The notes beneath the pieces were generated by a model. It was not told the origin of the DNA. It did no database searches and saw nothing but the letters and a program-made list of their open reading frames with translations. The translations under genes and the position numbers were made by a program. Below are positions 9,621 to 19,454 of a DNA stretch of 64,000 bases, in pieces; position 1 is the first letter of the stretch; every line of letters starts with the position of its first letter. Source of the stretch: Anaerovoracaceae bacterium. Lineage in GTDB: Bacteria > Bacillota > Clostridia > Oscillospirales > Acutalibacteraceae. The stretch lies in contig CAVAPB010000002.1 of the NCBI GenBank assembly GCA_963590415.1, forward strand, positions 23,665-87,664. Direction: 5' to 3'.

Positions 9621-9657
9621 ACAAAACAGAACCCCTGCTCTTATTATGAACAGGGGT
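9621..9657 (-). terminator. Putative intrinsic terminator after mtaB
   Basis: On the minus strand, ACCCCTG-13 nt-CAGGGGT is followed by TCTGTTTTGT. Confidence 0.5.
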
Positions 9658-9686
9658 AATAATTTTTATAAATTTTGGGGAGAATT

Positions 9687-10970
9687 TTATTCCGCATAGC
9701 AATGCTCGGAGTCACTTGAAGTTATTTTAACGCTTACCGGTGTTCCGACCTCAAAATCCGAAAGTCTTGCCAACACGGGAGTATAATTTGCGGTATAGCC
9801 GAATACAAAATCACCGTCACGCTTTGTTTCAGGTATGATTTCAACGGTTCTGCCTATCTGTTTTTTCAAAAATTCGCTTCTCATTTTCTCCGCAACCCTT
9901 GAAAGTGCGGCAACACGCTGTTCTTTAACGGCTTTTTCGATTTTGCCGTCAAAGCCGGCAGCTCTTGTGCCCTCTCTTACCGAGTACGGGAAAATGTGGA
10001 TTTTTTCAAAGCCGACTTTTTCGGCAAATTCAACGGTATCGTTAAAGTCTTTTTCGGTTTCGCCCGAAAATCCGACCATAATATCGGTTGTAAGCGTGCA
10101 GTCCGCAAACTTTTCACGGAGTTTTTTGCAAAGGTCATAGTATTCCTCGGCTGTATAGTGGCGGTTCATACGCTTTAGTGTATTGTCGCAACCGCTTTGA
10201 AGAGAAATATGAAACTGAGGGCAGAGCTTTTCACACTTTGCAAGCTCAGTCAAAACCTCGTCCGTGAGATGGTCGGGCTCTAACGAACCGAGCCTTACAC
10301 GCTTTATTTTTTCATTTTCGCAAGCCGCCGCAACGGCGTTGTAAAATTTTTCGCCCGTATCCTTGCCGTATGCGGAGAGATTGATTCCGACAAGCACGAT
10401 TTCGGTAAAGCCCTTATCGGCAAGCGCCGAAACCTCGCTTTTTATCTGCTCGATAGGCTTTGAGCGAACCCTGCCCCTTGCATACGGAATAACGCAGTAT
10501 GAACAAAATCTGTCGCAACCGTCCTCAATTTTAACTATAGCACGCGTACGCTCATTAAACTCATAAATTGGCTTTCCGCAAAATGCCTCGCCCGACATAT
10601 GCTGATTTATCTCAACTATTCTTTGCCTGTTTTCAATAAACCTCTTGAGCTTAGCGACCAAAGACACATTATCCTTATTACCGATTACTACATCAGCCGC
10701 CGTGAGCTCGCCTGCCATCTGGGGAAAAGCCTGAGGCATACAGCCTGTTAAAACAACAATGCTGTTTGGATGAATTCTTTTGAGATGCCTGACGGTCTGA
10801 CGGGTCTTTCTGTCGCTTTCAGCCGTTACGGTGCAGGAATTCACGACAAAAACATCTGCGTCATCATCGCTTAATGTAACGGAAAAACCGTTTCGCAACA
10901 AATCCTCGGTTATTTCCTGTGTTTCATACTGATTGACCTTACAGCCAAGCGTATAAAGCTTAACTTTCAT
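9687..10970 (-). CDS. mtaB: tRNA t6A37 methylthiotransferase MtaB (radical SAM)
   Basis: N-terminal TLGCKVNQYE and VNSCTVT cluster, the radical-SAM CDRFCSYCVIP motif, and a C-terminal TRAM-like domain. Confidence 0.9.
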   Translation of the reverse strand: MKVKLYTLGCKVNQYETQEITEDLLRNGFSVTLSDDDADVFVVNSCTVTAESDRKTRQTVRHLKRIHPNSIVVLTGCMPQAFPQMAGELTAADVVIGNKDNVSLVAKLKRFIENRQRIVEINQHMSGEAFCGKPIYEFNERTRAIVKIEDGCDRFCSYCVIPYARGRVRSKPIEQIKSEVSALADKGFTEIVLVGINLSAYGKDTGEKFYNAVAAACENEKIKRVRLGSLEPDHLTDEVLTELAKCEKLCPQFHISLQSGCDNTLKRMNRHYTAEEYYDLCKKLREKFADCTLTTDIMVGFSGETEKDFNDTVEFAEKVGFEKIHIFPYSVREGTRAAGFDGKIEKAVKEQRVAALSRVAEKMRSEFLKKQIGRTVEIIPETKRDGDFVFGYTANYTPVLARLSDFEVGTPVSVKITSSDSEHCYAE

Positions 10971-10986
10971 TTATAACTCCTATTGC

Positions 10987-12705
10987 TTAGATTGATTTTA
11001 CACGGAAAACACGAACTCCGTGCGACGGAACATGGGCATTTATCGAGCCCGAGGTAACATCTATTTCCTTGCTCCAAAGGTCGGTAAACTGATAAGCGCC
11101 GACATCGTTTAACTCAACATAGCTGAGGTTTGCAACATCTTTCAGTGAAACGCTCATATCCTTTTCGGCATTTGATTTATTAAAAAAGCAAATTGCAACT
11201 TCGCCCTTATCAAGCGGCTTTACGAGAATATCGGAAATTGCATTCGTTTTCATTCTTCTGCACTGAACGCCCTTTTTGTCCTGATTAACGGCAATAAGAT
11301 CCTTGTTTGTGACAATCTGCAAAATCTTATTGTCATAATCAACATTGCCGTCTGCGTCGATGAATGTTCTTATATCGTTACCGAGGATAAGCGGAGCGCA
11401 AAGCATACACCAAAGAGTGAAATGCGATTTATTTTCCTCAACGGTAAGCTTTCCGTTGCCGACCTCAAGCATATCGGGATCGTTCCAACCGCCGACGCCC
11501 GAATAATCGGCAAGCTTAACATTTACCTCATAAATTCCGAGAATTGATGCCCACACAGGCTTGATGTCCGGAGTTGTTCTCCAAAGGTTACCTGCCTGAG
11601 CGCCCCATTTCCACGGCTTGTTTGTTCCCCATTCGCAAATTGAATATACAATCGGCTTTTCGGGTACATTATTCTTTTCAGCATAAAGCTTTGTTGCACG
11701 CTTTAATTCCTTACCCATATTTATATACTGAGTAGCCGCAGAGTCCATTCTTGAACCGATGGGGTTTTTAATTTCTATCGTATTATCGCCCTTGTTGAGA
11801 TTTACCGTTATCTGGCATCTGCCCGTTCTGCTCCAAGCCTTGGTAGGCGGAATGTCAACAGGATAAACATTTATATCGTTTACTGTAACGGTTGCATATT
11901 TTTTATTGTCACCTGCTTTTCTTACGACAAGGGTTAATGCGTATTCCCCGTCCTCAGGAACATTTACAAAGCTGAAGCGTACGCTTCCCATGTTGCTGTC
12001 AAGGCGTGAAACATATGAGCCGTCCTTATCTTCGATTATTTTGGCAGTTCCGTAAAGCTCACCGTTTTCAGCCTCCAAAATCTGCTCATTTCCGCCGTTT
12101 TTATCTGTAATTATAATCTTGTCTATGAGCGGAGCCTTTGATGTGATAGCCTTGTTGTGGCAGAAATCGTATTTGAAATACTCAATTCCCCATTCTGCAA
12201 AGGTTTCTGCGTCAATTCTCTCATTTCCGAGTGAAGCGGGAAGATCCTCACAGGTAAGCGTTCCGTTCGATGAGTATATACCTGCCTTGAAGCCCATTTT
12301 GTTCAAATCCTCAACGAGCGGTTTAATGCCTCTCGGGAAAGTAGCAAGATCACCGCGAAGTCTGCCGTCGGCATCACGGGTAGAGCTGTGCCAGCAGTCG
12401 TCAAGATTTACATAGTTATACCCTGCGTCAAGCAAGCCGCTCTTTTTCATGGCGTCAGCAATCTGAAGAATTTTTTTCTCTGAAATCTCTGTTCTGAACG
12501 AGTTCCAGCTTGACCAACCCATAGGCGGGGTAAGAGCCGCACCGTTGTCATATTTTTCGGTTGTTTTAATATGTACACCAAGCTTTGCCACAGCCTTGCG
12601 TATGTCGCACTCCGGGCAAAAATCGGGATTTTTCTTCTTTGCTATATATCCGGCTGTTGCCGCCGCGCCTGCAAGAACTGCGGCTGAAATGATTTTTCCT
12701 AACAT
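10987..12705 (-). CDS. GH27 alpha-galactosidase with N-terminal hydrophobic segment and internal CBM-like insertion
   Basis: GH27 motifs PPMGWSSWNSF, LDDCW, YFKYDFC, CEWG and LWRTTPDI. An extra beta-sandwich-like block of about 130 aa lies between YDFC and CEWG. Confidence 0.85.
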   Translation of the reverse strand: MLGKIISAAVLAGAAATAGYIAKKKNPDFCPECDIRKAVAKLGVHIKTTEKYDNGAALTPPMGWSSWNSFRTEISEKKILQIADAMKKSGLLDAGYNYVNLDDCWHSSTRDADGRLRGDLATFPRGIKPLVEDLNKMGFKAGIYSSNGTLTCEDLPASLGNERIDAETFAEWGIEYFKYDFCHNKAITSKAPLIDKIIITDKNGGNEQILEAENGELYGTAKIIEDKDGSYVSRLDSNMGSVRFSFVNVPEDGEYALTLVVRKAGDNKKYATVTVNDINVYPVDIPPTKAWSRTGRCQITVNLNKGDNTIEIKNPIGSRMDSAATQYINMGKELKRATKLYAEKNNVPEKPIVYSICEWGTNKPWKWGAQAGNLWRTTPDIKPVWASILGIYEVNVKLADYSGVGGWNDPDMLEVGNGKLTVEENKSHFTLWCMLCAPLILGNDIRTFIDADGNVDYDNKILQIVTNKDLIAVNQDKKGVQCRRMKTNAISDILVKPLDKGEVAICFFNKSNAEKDMSVSLKDVANLSYVELNDVGAYQFTDLWSKEIDVTSGSINAHVPSHGVRVFRVKSI

Positions 12706-12719
12706 AACGATTCCCCTTC

Positions 12720-12758
12720 AAAAATAAAGAGGATAGCGAAAACAGTTTCACTATCCTC
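12720..12758 (-). terminator. Intrinsic terminator after ispH-S1
   Basis: On the minus strand, GAGGATAG-14 nt-CTATCCTC is followed by TTTATTTT. Confidence 0.6.
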
Positions 12759-12777
12759 CTTGATTCAATAAATTAAA

Positions 12778-14790
12778 TTATTCCTCAACGGGAGCTTCCT
12801 CAGTGGGAGCTTCAACTGCCTCTGCGGCAGCGGGAGGATCGAGTAGAGCCTTAATTGAAAGGCTTACACGCTTCTTGTCGAAGTCGATGTCAAGAATCTT
12901 AGCTTTAACTTCCTGACCTACCTTGAGAACATCTGCGGTGTTTGCAACATGTTCATAAGAAATTTCCGAAATGTGGATAAGTCCGTCAATTCCCGGAATG
13001 ATGTTTGCAAATGCGCCGAATGTTGTAAGTCCGACAATCTTAGCTGTGATTTCTGTACCTACGGGGTAATCTCTCTTGAGGATTTCCCACGGATTGTCCT
13101 CAACCTTCTTGAAGCCGAGTGAAATCTTCTTGTTTTCACGGTCAAGAGCCTTTATGTAAACTTCAACCGTGTCGCCGACATTAACAACCTCCGAGGGGTG
13201 CTTGATTCTTGTCCATGAAAGCTCGGAAATGTGAATCATTCCGTCAACGCCGCCGAGGTCAACGAAAGCGCCGTACTTTGTAAGAGAACGAACGGTACCT
13301 GTGTACTTCTGTCCCTCTTCTGCTTGTGCCCAGAACTTTTCAGCCTCTTCCTTGCGGATGTCTCTGTTAGCAGCCTTGATTGAACCTACAACTCTGCGCC
13401 TTCTCTTATCTGCTTCGATAATCTTGAACTTAACGGTCGTGCCGACCATATCCTCAAGAGAATCGTTTCTGCTGAATTTTGAAAGCGATGCGGGAACGAA
13501 TACACGGATTCCGTTGTACTGAACATAAAGTCCCTTACCGTCGCCGACGACGCCTGTAACCTTACCCTCAACAATTTCGTCGCTTTCGGGGTCGATTGTT
13601 TCCCAAGCCTTAGCTGCGTCGTAACGCTTTTTGGAGAGCATAACCGTACCTTCGGCATCGTTTGTTTTCATAATGATAAGGTCAAGCTTGTCTCCGATTT
13701 TAACTTCTTTTGTAATATCGCAGTTGGGGTCATTGCTGAACTCACTTGCGGGAATGTAGCCCGTATGTTTTCTTCCGACGATTTCAACCTCAACCTCTGA
13801 CGGTGAAACGCCTACGACTACGCCTACAACTTTTTGGTCTGTGCTTTCATCTATATATTCTTCAAGCATAGCAGCAAAAGATGTATCTTCAGCCATTGTT
13901 GCCTCCTCCTTTACTGCATTTGTGCTGACTGTTTGTTCTAATTTTTCGGTCATTGTTTTCAGTACCTCCTTAATTATACTGTCAGGAGTCGATGCTCCCG
14001 CAGTAACGCCGACTGACTTAAACTTTGAAAAATCGATGCCGTTCAATTCCTCATAAGTCTCAATCAGGTAAGTAGGGCAATTGGATTCACACACAGCTTT
14101 CAGCTTAGCCGTATTAGAACTTTGACGGCCGCCTATGATTATCATAGCGTCGTTTTTAAGCGAAAGTTGAGTGGCTTCCTTTTGTCTTTCTTCTGTCGCA
14201 TTACATATTGTATCAAAAATTACGGCGTTTGTATAGTAATTTTTAATTTTTTTTGCATATTTTTCAAAAGATTTTATCGAAAATGTTGTTTGGGACACGA
14301 GTATTAGACGATTATTGACTAAATCGGGGTTAGATTTGATAATTTCATCCAATTCTTCCTCGGTATTGAACACGAAAGACGGACCCTTGCAATAGCTTCT
14401 GATACCGATAACCTCGGGGTGAGATTTGTCCCCCGCAATAAAGGTTACGGTGTTTTCGTCGGAATTTTCGCTTACGGTCTTATGAATTTTCAAAACGAAA
14501 GGACATGTGGCGTCGCAAAACTCGGGAGAGACGCTCTTGACCTCTTCCAAAAGCTCTTTGGTAATTCCGTGCGTTCTTATAACTATCACATCGCCGCTTT
14601 TGCATTCGTCGGGGTGCTCGATAATGCGCACTCCCCTTTTTTCAAATGACGAAATGACCTGAGGATTGTGGATAATCGGCCCTATAGTGCATACGCTTTT
14701 TCCGTCGTCAACCATTTTTTCAAGCAAATTGACAGCCCTGTTCACACCGAAGCAGAAGCCTGCCGATTTGGCAAGTGTTATTTCTCGCAA
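12778..14790 (-). CDS. ispH: Bifunctional IspH (HMBPP reductase) fused to S1 RNA-binding repeats
   Basis: The N-terminal ~280 aa are IspH (AGFCFGV, CPFV, NTA motifs). The C-terminal ~380 aa contain four S1 repeats (e.g. GTVRSLTKYGAFVDLGGVDGMIHISE). The ORF opens at TTG 14805, but the second TTG at 14790 has a GGGAGGA SD. Confidence 0.9.
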   Translation of the reverse strand: MREITLAKSAGFCFGVNRAVNLLEKMVDDGKSVCTIGPIIHNPQVISSFEKRGVRIIEHPDECKSGDVIVIRTHGITKELLEEVKSVSPEFCDATCPFVLKIHKTVSENSDENTVTFIAGDKSHPEVIGIRSYCKGPSFVFNTEEELDEIIKSNPDLVNNRLILVSQTTFSIKSFEKYAKKIKNYYTNAVIFDTICNATEERQKEATQLSLKNDAMIIIGGRQSSNTAKLKAVCESNCPTYLIETYEELNGIDFSKFKSVGVTAGASTPDSIIKEVLKTMTEKLEQTVSTNAVKEEATMAEDTSFAAMLEEYIDESTDQKVVGVVVGVSPSEVEVEIVGRKHTGYIPASEFSNDPNCDITKEVKIGDKLDLIIMKTNDAEGTVMLSKKRYDAAKAWETIDPESDEIVEGKVTGVVGDGKGLYVQYNGIRVFVPASLSKFSRNDSLEDMVGTTVKFKIIEADKRRRRVVGSIKAANRDIRKEEAEKFWAQAEEGQKYTGTVRSLTKYGAFVDLGGVDGMIHISELSWTRIKHPSEVVNVGDTVEVYIKALDRENKKISLGFKKVEDNPWEILKRDYPVGTEITAKIVGLTTFGAFANIIPGIDGLIHISEISYEHVANTADVLKVGQEVKAKILDIDFDKKRVSLSIKALLDPPAAAEAVEAPTEEAPVEE

Positions 14791-15416
14791 TGTCCTTCCT
14801 CCCAAAGTGAAGTAATGTCGCCCATAATGCGCTTAGTTGCGTCCTTGAGCTCCTTGGCGCTGTGCGGTTCTTCGGTAAAACCGAATTCCTCGTTTTTGAT
14901 AAGCTTGCCGAAACGGACCGTAAGGCGTGTTCCCTTTTTGTATCGGTCGCTTGTGTATATGGAAACGGGAAGCACATCCGCACCTGTTGTTTTTGCAATG
15001 AGAGCCGTGCCCGATTTTCCTCTTGCGGGCTTGAAGTCCTTTGAGCGTGTGCCCTCGGGGAAAATGCCCAAAACATATCCGTTTCTGACAATATCCTCCG
15101 CAAACTCGACTGCGGTTGTATCGCCCTGTCCTCTGCGGACGGGGAAAGCGTTCAGGTGCTTTATGAAAATTCCGAGAGCCTCGTTTTCAAAAAGTTCTTC
15201 CTTTGCCATAAAGTGAATGGTGCGTTTAACTCCTCTGCCGAGAATTATCGGGTCAACACCGCTTTGATGGTTGCAGGCAATAATAAATCCGCCGTCCTGA
15301 GGAATGTTTTCCCTGCCGATATAGGTTACCTTATATCTGAGACAGAACAGCACCGCCACCCATCTCAACGCCTGATAAAGCTTATATTCTTTGACCTTGC
15401 TGAAATCGAACTGCAT
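14778..15416 (-). CDS. plsC: 1-acyl-sn-glycerol-3-phosphate acyltransferase
   Basis: NHQSGVDP (HX4D) and FPEGTRS motifs. The start overlaps the cmk stop (TAATG). Confidence 0.85.
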   Translation of the reverse strand: MQFDFSKVKEYKLYQALRWVAVLFCLRYKVTYIGRENIPQDGGFIIACNHQSGVDPIILGRGVKRTIHFMAKEELFENEALGIFIKHLNAFPVRRGQGDTTAVEFAEDIVRNGYVLGIFPEGTRSKDFKPARGKSGTALIAKTTGADVLPVSIYTSDRYKKGTRLTVRFGKLIKNEEFGFTEEPHSAKELKDATKRIMGDITSLWEEGHCEK

Positions 15417-16081
15417 TAAATTCTCTCCTTGATGATATTTACGATTATATTTTTAGCCTCGTCGAAATTATAGTCCGAGGTATCAACAATAACGCTGTCC
15501 TCGGCGGGCTTTAAGGGAGCAATCTCACGGTGCGAGTCCTGATAATCTCTTTTCTGCAAATCCGCAAGCACCTCTTCATAGGTGTCCTTTGAGCCCCTCT
15601 CGACAAGCTCTTTGTATCTTCTCTTTGCTCTTTCCTCTGCGGAAGCAGTGAGGAAAATCTTGATTTTTGCGTCGGGCAGAACAACGGTTCCTATATCCCT
15701 GCCGTCCATAAGACAATTATTGTTTTTGGCAATATCTCTCTGCAAATCAAACAGGAACGCACGCACGCACGGAACAGCCGAAACATCGGAAGCCGCCATG
15801 GAAGCGTCGGGAGTTCTGATTTCGGTCGATACATCCTCGCCGTTTAAGAAAACATGCTGAACATCGCCGACAAATTTAAGTTCAACCTTAATATCCTTGA
15901 GCGCTTTTTCTATGTTTTCCGCATCCTTTGTGCCTATGCCGTGTCTTAAAGCATAAACCCCGACTGCACGGTAAAGTGCGCCCGTATCGACATAAATAAA
16001 GCCCAATTCCTTAGCCGCAGCGCGTGAAATTGTACTTTTTCCCGCACCTGCGGGGCCGTCAACAGCAACATTAACTACCAT
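15416..16081 (-). CDS. cmk: Cytidylate kinase
   Basis: P-loop VDGPAGAGKST, YVDTGALYR and DGRDIGT motifs. Confidence 0.95.
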   Translation of the reverse strand: MVVNVAVDGPAGAGKSTISRAAAKELGFIYVDTGALYRAVGVYALRHGIGTKDAENIEKALKDIKVELKFVGDVQHVFLNGEDVSTEIRTPDASMAASDVSAVPCVRAFLFDLQRDIAKNNNCLMDGRDIGTVVLPDAKIKIFLTASAEERAKRRYKELVERGSKDTYEEVLADLQKRDYQDSHREIAPLKPAEDSVIVDTSDYNFDEAKNIIVNIIKERI

Positions 16082-16096
16082 AACAAATTCCTTTCC

Positions 16097-17326
16097 TTAT
16101 GCATTTTCTCCGGCAACACGACCGGTTGAAAACGCAATCTGCAAATTAAATCCGCCCGTATATGCGTCAACATCCATTACCTCGCCCGCAAAATAAAGAT
16201 TTTTGCAAAGCTTTGACTCCATAGTTTTGGGATTTATCTCCTTACAGTCAACTCCGCCCGAGGTAATGACAGCCTCGTCAATCGAGCAGAAATTGAGAAC
16301 TGTAAGCTTCATATTTTTTATCGTCTTAACAAGGCTCTGCCGCATTTCTTTGGTGACCTGGTTGCACTTTGTCGAGGGTCTTATCCTCGACAGCCTGATA
16401 ACGGGGTTTATAATCGCTCTCGGCAAAAGCATACCGAGCGAATTTGAGATTGCCTTATTTGAATTTTCAAGTAAATCCCTCTGTATTCTCTCATCGAGCT
16501 TCTGCTCGTCCAAAGCAGGCTTCATATCAACATAAATTTCATATCTTCCGCTCTCCATATTCCTCATATGAGCGCTTGCCGAAAGTATCATCGGTCCCGA
16601 AACTCCAAAGTGAGTAAACAGCATTTCGCCGAAATCGGAATATATTTGCTTTTGTGTCACGGTGTCGATTACCCTTATTGCACAGTTGCGAAGCGAGAGA
16701 CCCATAGCCTCGCTGCAATAGCCCTCACGGCAGGTAAGCGCAACCAAGGACGGTCTGATGTCAACGATATTATGACCGACGCTTTTTGCGAGCGTATAGC
16801 CGTCGCCCGTTGAGCCCGTTTTCGGATAAGACTTGCCACCCGTTGCGATTATTACGCTGTCGGCATAATATTTTTCTCCACTTTCGGTTGCAACGCCTTT
16901 AACCTCGCCGTTCTCGCAGATAAGAGCGGTAACCCTTTCCTGCTTGCGTTTGACACCGTTTTTTGTGATAAATTTATTCAGAGCGTCAACAATGTCCATA
17001 GCCCTGTCGCTGACGGGAAAAACTCTGTTTCCCCTCTCGACCTTTAATTCAACGCCGAGATTTTCAAAAAAATTGCGGGTGTCGGCGGTGGAAAAGTCGG
17101 AAAAAGCACCGTACAGGAACCTGCCGTTCTGCGGAACATTGGAAATCAAAGCCTGAATATCGGTTTCGGCGTTTGTGACATTACATCTGCCCTTACCGGT
17201 TATCAACACCTTGCGGGCAATTTTACTGTTGCGTTCAAGCAAAATAACATCGTTACCGTTCTGTGCCGCCGTTCCGGCTGCCATACAGCCCGCTGCGCCT
17301 GCGCCGACAACAATAACCTTACTCAT
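16097..17326 (-). CDS. NAD(P)/FAD-dependent oxidoreductase, HI0933/YhiN (BaiN-like) family
   Basis: VIVVGAGAAGCMAAG dinucleotide fold and GKGRCNVTN motif. The ORF extends to 17407, but ATG 17326 (MSKVIVVG) overlaps the rpiR stop. Confidence 0.85.
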   Translation of the reverse strand: MSKVIVVGAGAAGCMAAGTAAQNGNDVILLERNSKIARKVLITGKGRCNVTNAETDIQALISNVPQNGRFLYGAFSDFSTADTRNFFENLGVELKVERGNRVFPVSDRAMDIVDALNKFITKNGVKRKQERVTALICENGEVKGVATESGEKYYADSVIIATGGKSYPKTGSTGDGYTLAKSVGHNIVDIRPSLVALTCREGYCSEAMGLSLRNCAIRVIDTVTQKQIYSDFGEMLFTHFGVSGPMILSASAHMRNMESGRYEIYVDMKPALDEQKLDERIQRDLLENSNKAISNSLGMLLPRAIINPVIRLSRIRPSTKCNQVTKEMRQSLVKTIKNMKLTVLNFCSIDEAVITSGGVDCKEINPKTMESKLCKNLYFAGEVMDVDAYTGGFNLQIAFSTGRVAGENA

Positions 17327-18203
17327 CGCCGTCAGCCTCTTCTTTCTCATAAACCTGATACTTATCCCAGACATGCTCAAGCTCGTTAAAATTCCTGTAC
17401 GCCTCATTTTTACGGCTTAAAGTAACGCTTGCGATAAGAGCGTTGATAAGGCTCAACGGAGCCGCAAGGGAGTCCACAACCGATGCCATATTGCTCTTTG
17501 CGACAAGCAAATGGTCGCTGAACGGAGCAATCGGCGAGTTTTCGGTATCGGTAATTGAAATAACGGTAGCTTTTCTGTCGGAAATAAACCGCAGAGCGTT
17601 TACCGCCTGTTTTGAATATCTCGGGAAGCTTATCGCAATGCAAACATCGCCCTCGCCTATTCTGAACACCTGCTCGAACATCTCCGATGCGCTTGATGAG
17701 TCGACAAGGATAACGCTGTCAAAAACAAGGTTGAAATAGAAAGCGAGGAAATAAGCGAGTGCCGCAGAGGAACGAACGCCGAGTATATAAATCTTTTTTG
17801 CGCTGTTTATAGCCTTGACCGCATTGTCAAAAGCCTCTTTAGACACCGTTTCCGCCGTTTCACGGATAAGGTTTATATCATCGTTTAATACCGTACTTAT
17901 AATATCGTTGTTGCCGATTAAGCTCTGCGAAACCTCCATTCTCTGAACGGTAGTAAGCTTGGTTTTTATCATCTGCTGAAGCTCTTTTTGCATTTCGGGG
18001 TAGCCCTTAAAGCCCAACTCGCTTGCAAACCTGACGACGGTTGACTCGCTCACTCCGACCTTTTCGCCGAGCGAAGCCGCAGTCATAAACGCCGCCTTGT
18101 CATAATTGGTTATGATAAAATCGGCTATTTTTCTGTGGCTTTTGGAATATTTTACGGTTTTATCCTCAAGCCTTGCCAATAAATTATTTTTCATAAAAAG
18201 CAC
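17319..18203 (-). CDS. MurR/RpiR family transcriptional regulator (HTH + SIS)
   Basis: N-terminal HTH_6 (SHRKIADFIITNYDKAAFMTAASLGEKVGVSESTVVRFA) and a C-terminal SIS domain. An alternative start is ATG 18194. Confidence 0.85.
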   Translation of the reverse strand: MLFMKNNLLARLEDKTVKYSKSHRKIADFIITNYDKAAFMTAASLGEKVGVSESTVVRFASELGFKGYPEMQKELQQMIKTKLTTVQRMEVSQSLIGNNDIISTVLNDDINLIRETAETVSKEAFDNAVKAINSAKKIYILGVRSSAALAYFLAFYFNLVFDSVILVDSSSASEMFEQVFRIGEGDVCIAISFPRYSKQAVNALRFISDRKATVISITDTENSPIAPFSDHLLVAKSNMASVVDSLAAPLSLINALIASVTLSRKNEAYRNFNELEHVWDKYQVYEKEEADGDE

Positions 18204-18275
18204 TTATCCTTTTTCATTTGCTGTATCTGAAATATTATAATTGAAACAAACGCTTTTTGCAAGATTTCCTGCAAA

Positions 18276-19454
18276 CTATTTTACCTTTTGCGGCATATAT
18301 GTCATTTCATATCCGCACTTTTCCGGTTTTGAAAGCGAAAGAGAAAAAATATTGCTTGCTTCGCACTCCTTTTTGAAAACGGCGTTTATCTGCCCGTTAT
18401 TCGCTTTTGCAATATCCGAATATGAGGCAATAAACGGTAGCTTTGAGCTTTTCGCACAGCTTCCGAGAGCGTCTGACGATTTTGTATTAAAGCCCAAAAG
18501 TCTGATATACGGCACTCTTATTGACAAGTCGGATTTCGTCACGCCGAAAGCGGATGATAACACCGCACGGCGTATGCGTGAATGGGTATAACGCTTGGTT
18601 TTTGCGCTGTCATATATTCCGTCAAGGGTCGTTTCGTAAGTGACGGCGGAAATTATCCTGTTTTCAAGTCCCTCTGACATATAGGCAATATTTTCGCCGA
18701 TTTTTTCTCTTCCTGAGCGAAGCAGAGCCGAAACGGCGATTTCGTATTTTTCTTTGTCGATAATTCTGCCGTTCTCCGCAGCCGAAGTGTACAGTTCTTT
18801 CGTATTTTTCGGTACGAAGTCGGAAATATCCGCTTTTTCGTAAAGCATATTTCTCAAAAGAGATGCGGAGACGAATTTTTGCGTTCCGTCAAGCGAGTTA
18901 TAGCCTGCGCCCTCCCTTTTGACGGTAACAGGCTTTATATTATATCCGTTTTTGATTATCGCCTTGATATATTCTAGCGCAAGTATATCGTTCGGAGATG
19001 AAACAACCGTACCGCCCTCACAGTCGCAAATTGCCTTTTCACGGGCTGCGGGATAGCTTATGCCTTTTTCAAGATAAGATTTTACTTTACTGCCAAAATC
19101 CGATTCAGCGGTAATTTCGGCAATTTTTTTAAGCTTTTCCATGTCGCCGCACTCACTGCCGAAAGCTACGGTATCGCATCCGAAGTTCTCAAGAATACGG
19201 ACGGCGTTTTCGCAAAAAATCTCCGCACTCGCCGTCGCATAAACAAACGGCAATTCCAATACAATATCGGCACCGTTATAAAGCGCCGCCTTAACTCTTA
19301 TGTCTTTCGGAAAAACGGCAGGCTCTCCCCGCTGAACAAAGTTACCGCTCATAACGCACACAAGCGTGTCTCCGTCTTTTTTTACGGAGTCAATCAGATG
19401 CTTATGCCCGCAGTGAAATGGGTTGAATTCACATACAATTCCGATTATGCTCAT
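18276..19454 (-). CDS. tmcAL: tRNA(Met) cytidine acetate ligase TmcAL (UPF0348/YlbM nucleotidyltransferase)
   Basis: N-terminal GIVCEFNPFHCGHKHLI HxGH nucleotidyltransferase motif. Length and layout match the YlbM family. Confidence 0.8.
   Translation of the reverse strand: MSIIGIVCEFNPFHCGHKHLIDSVKKDGDTLVCVMSGNFVQRGEPAVFPKDIRVKAALYNGADIVLELPFVYATASAEIFCENAVRILENFGCDTVAFGSECGDMEKLKKIAEITAESDFGSKVKSYLEKGISYPAAREKAICDCEGGTVVSSPNDILALEYIKAIIKNGYNIKPVTVKREGAGYNSLDGTQKFVSASLLRNMLYEKADISDFVPKNTKELYTSAAENGRIIDKEKYEIAVSALLRSGREKIGENIAYMSEGLENRIISAVTYETTLDGIYDSAKTKRYTHSRIRRAVLSSAFGVTKSDLSIRVPYIRLLGFNTKSSDALGSCAKSSKLPFIASYSDIAKANNGQINAVFKKECEASNIFSLSLSKPEKCGYEMTYMPQKVK

Noticed and set aside
12545-12751. 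Small ORFs of 60-61 aa at the GH27 5' end and intergenic region
   Set aside because: They overlap the GH27 N-terminal coding region and the ispH-S1 terminator. They have no SD and an odd composition.
17327-17407. N-terminal extension of the HI0933-type flavoprotein ORF (MRRTGILTS...)
   Set aside because: The extension overlaps the rpiR coding region. The dinucleotide-binding fold begins right after Met28 (MSKVIVVGAGAAG), as in homologues.
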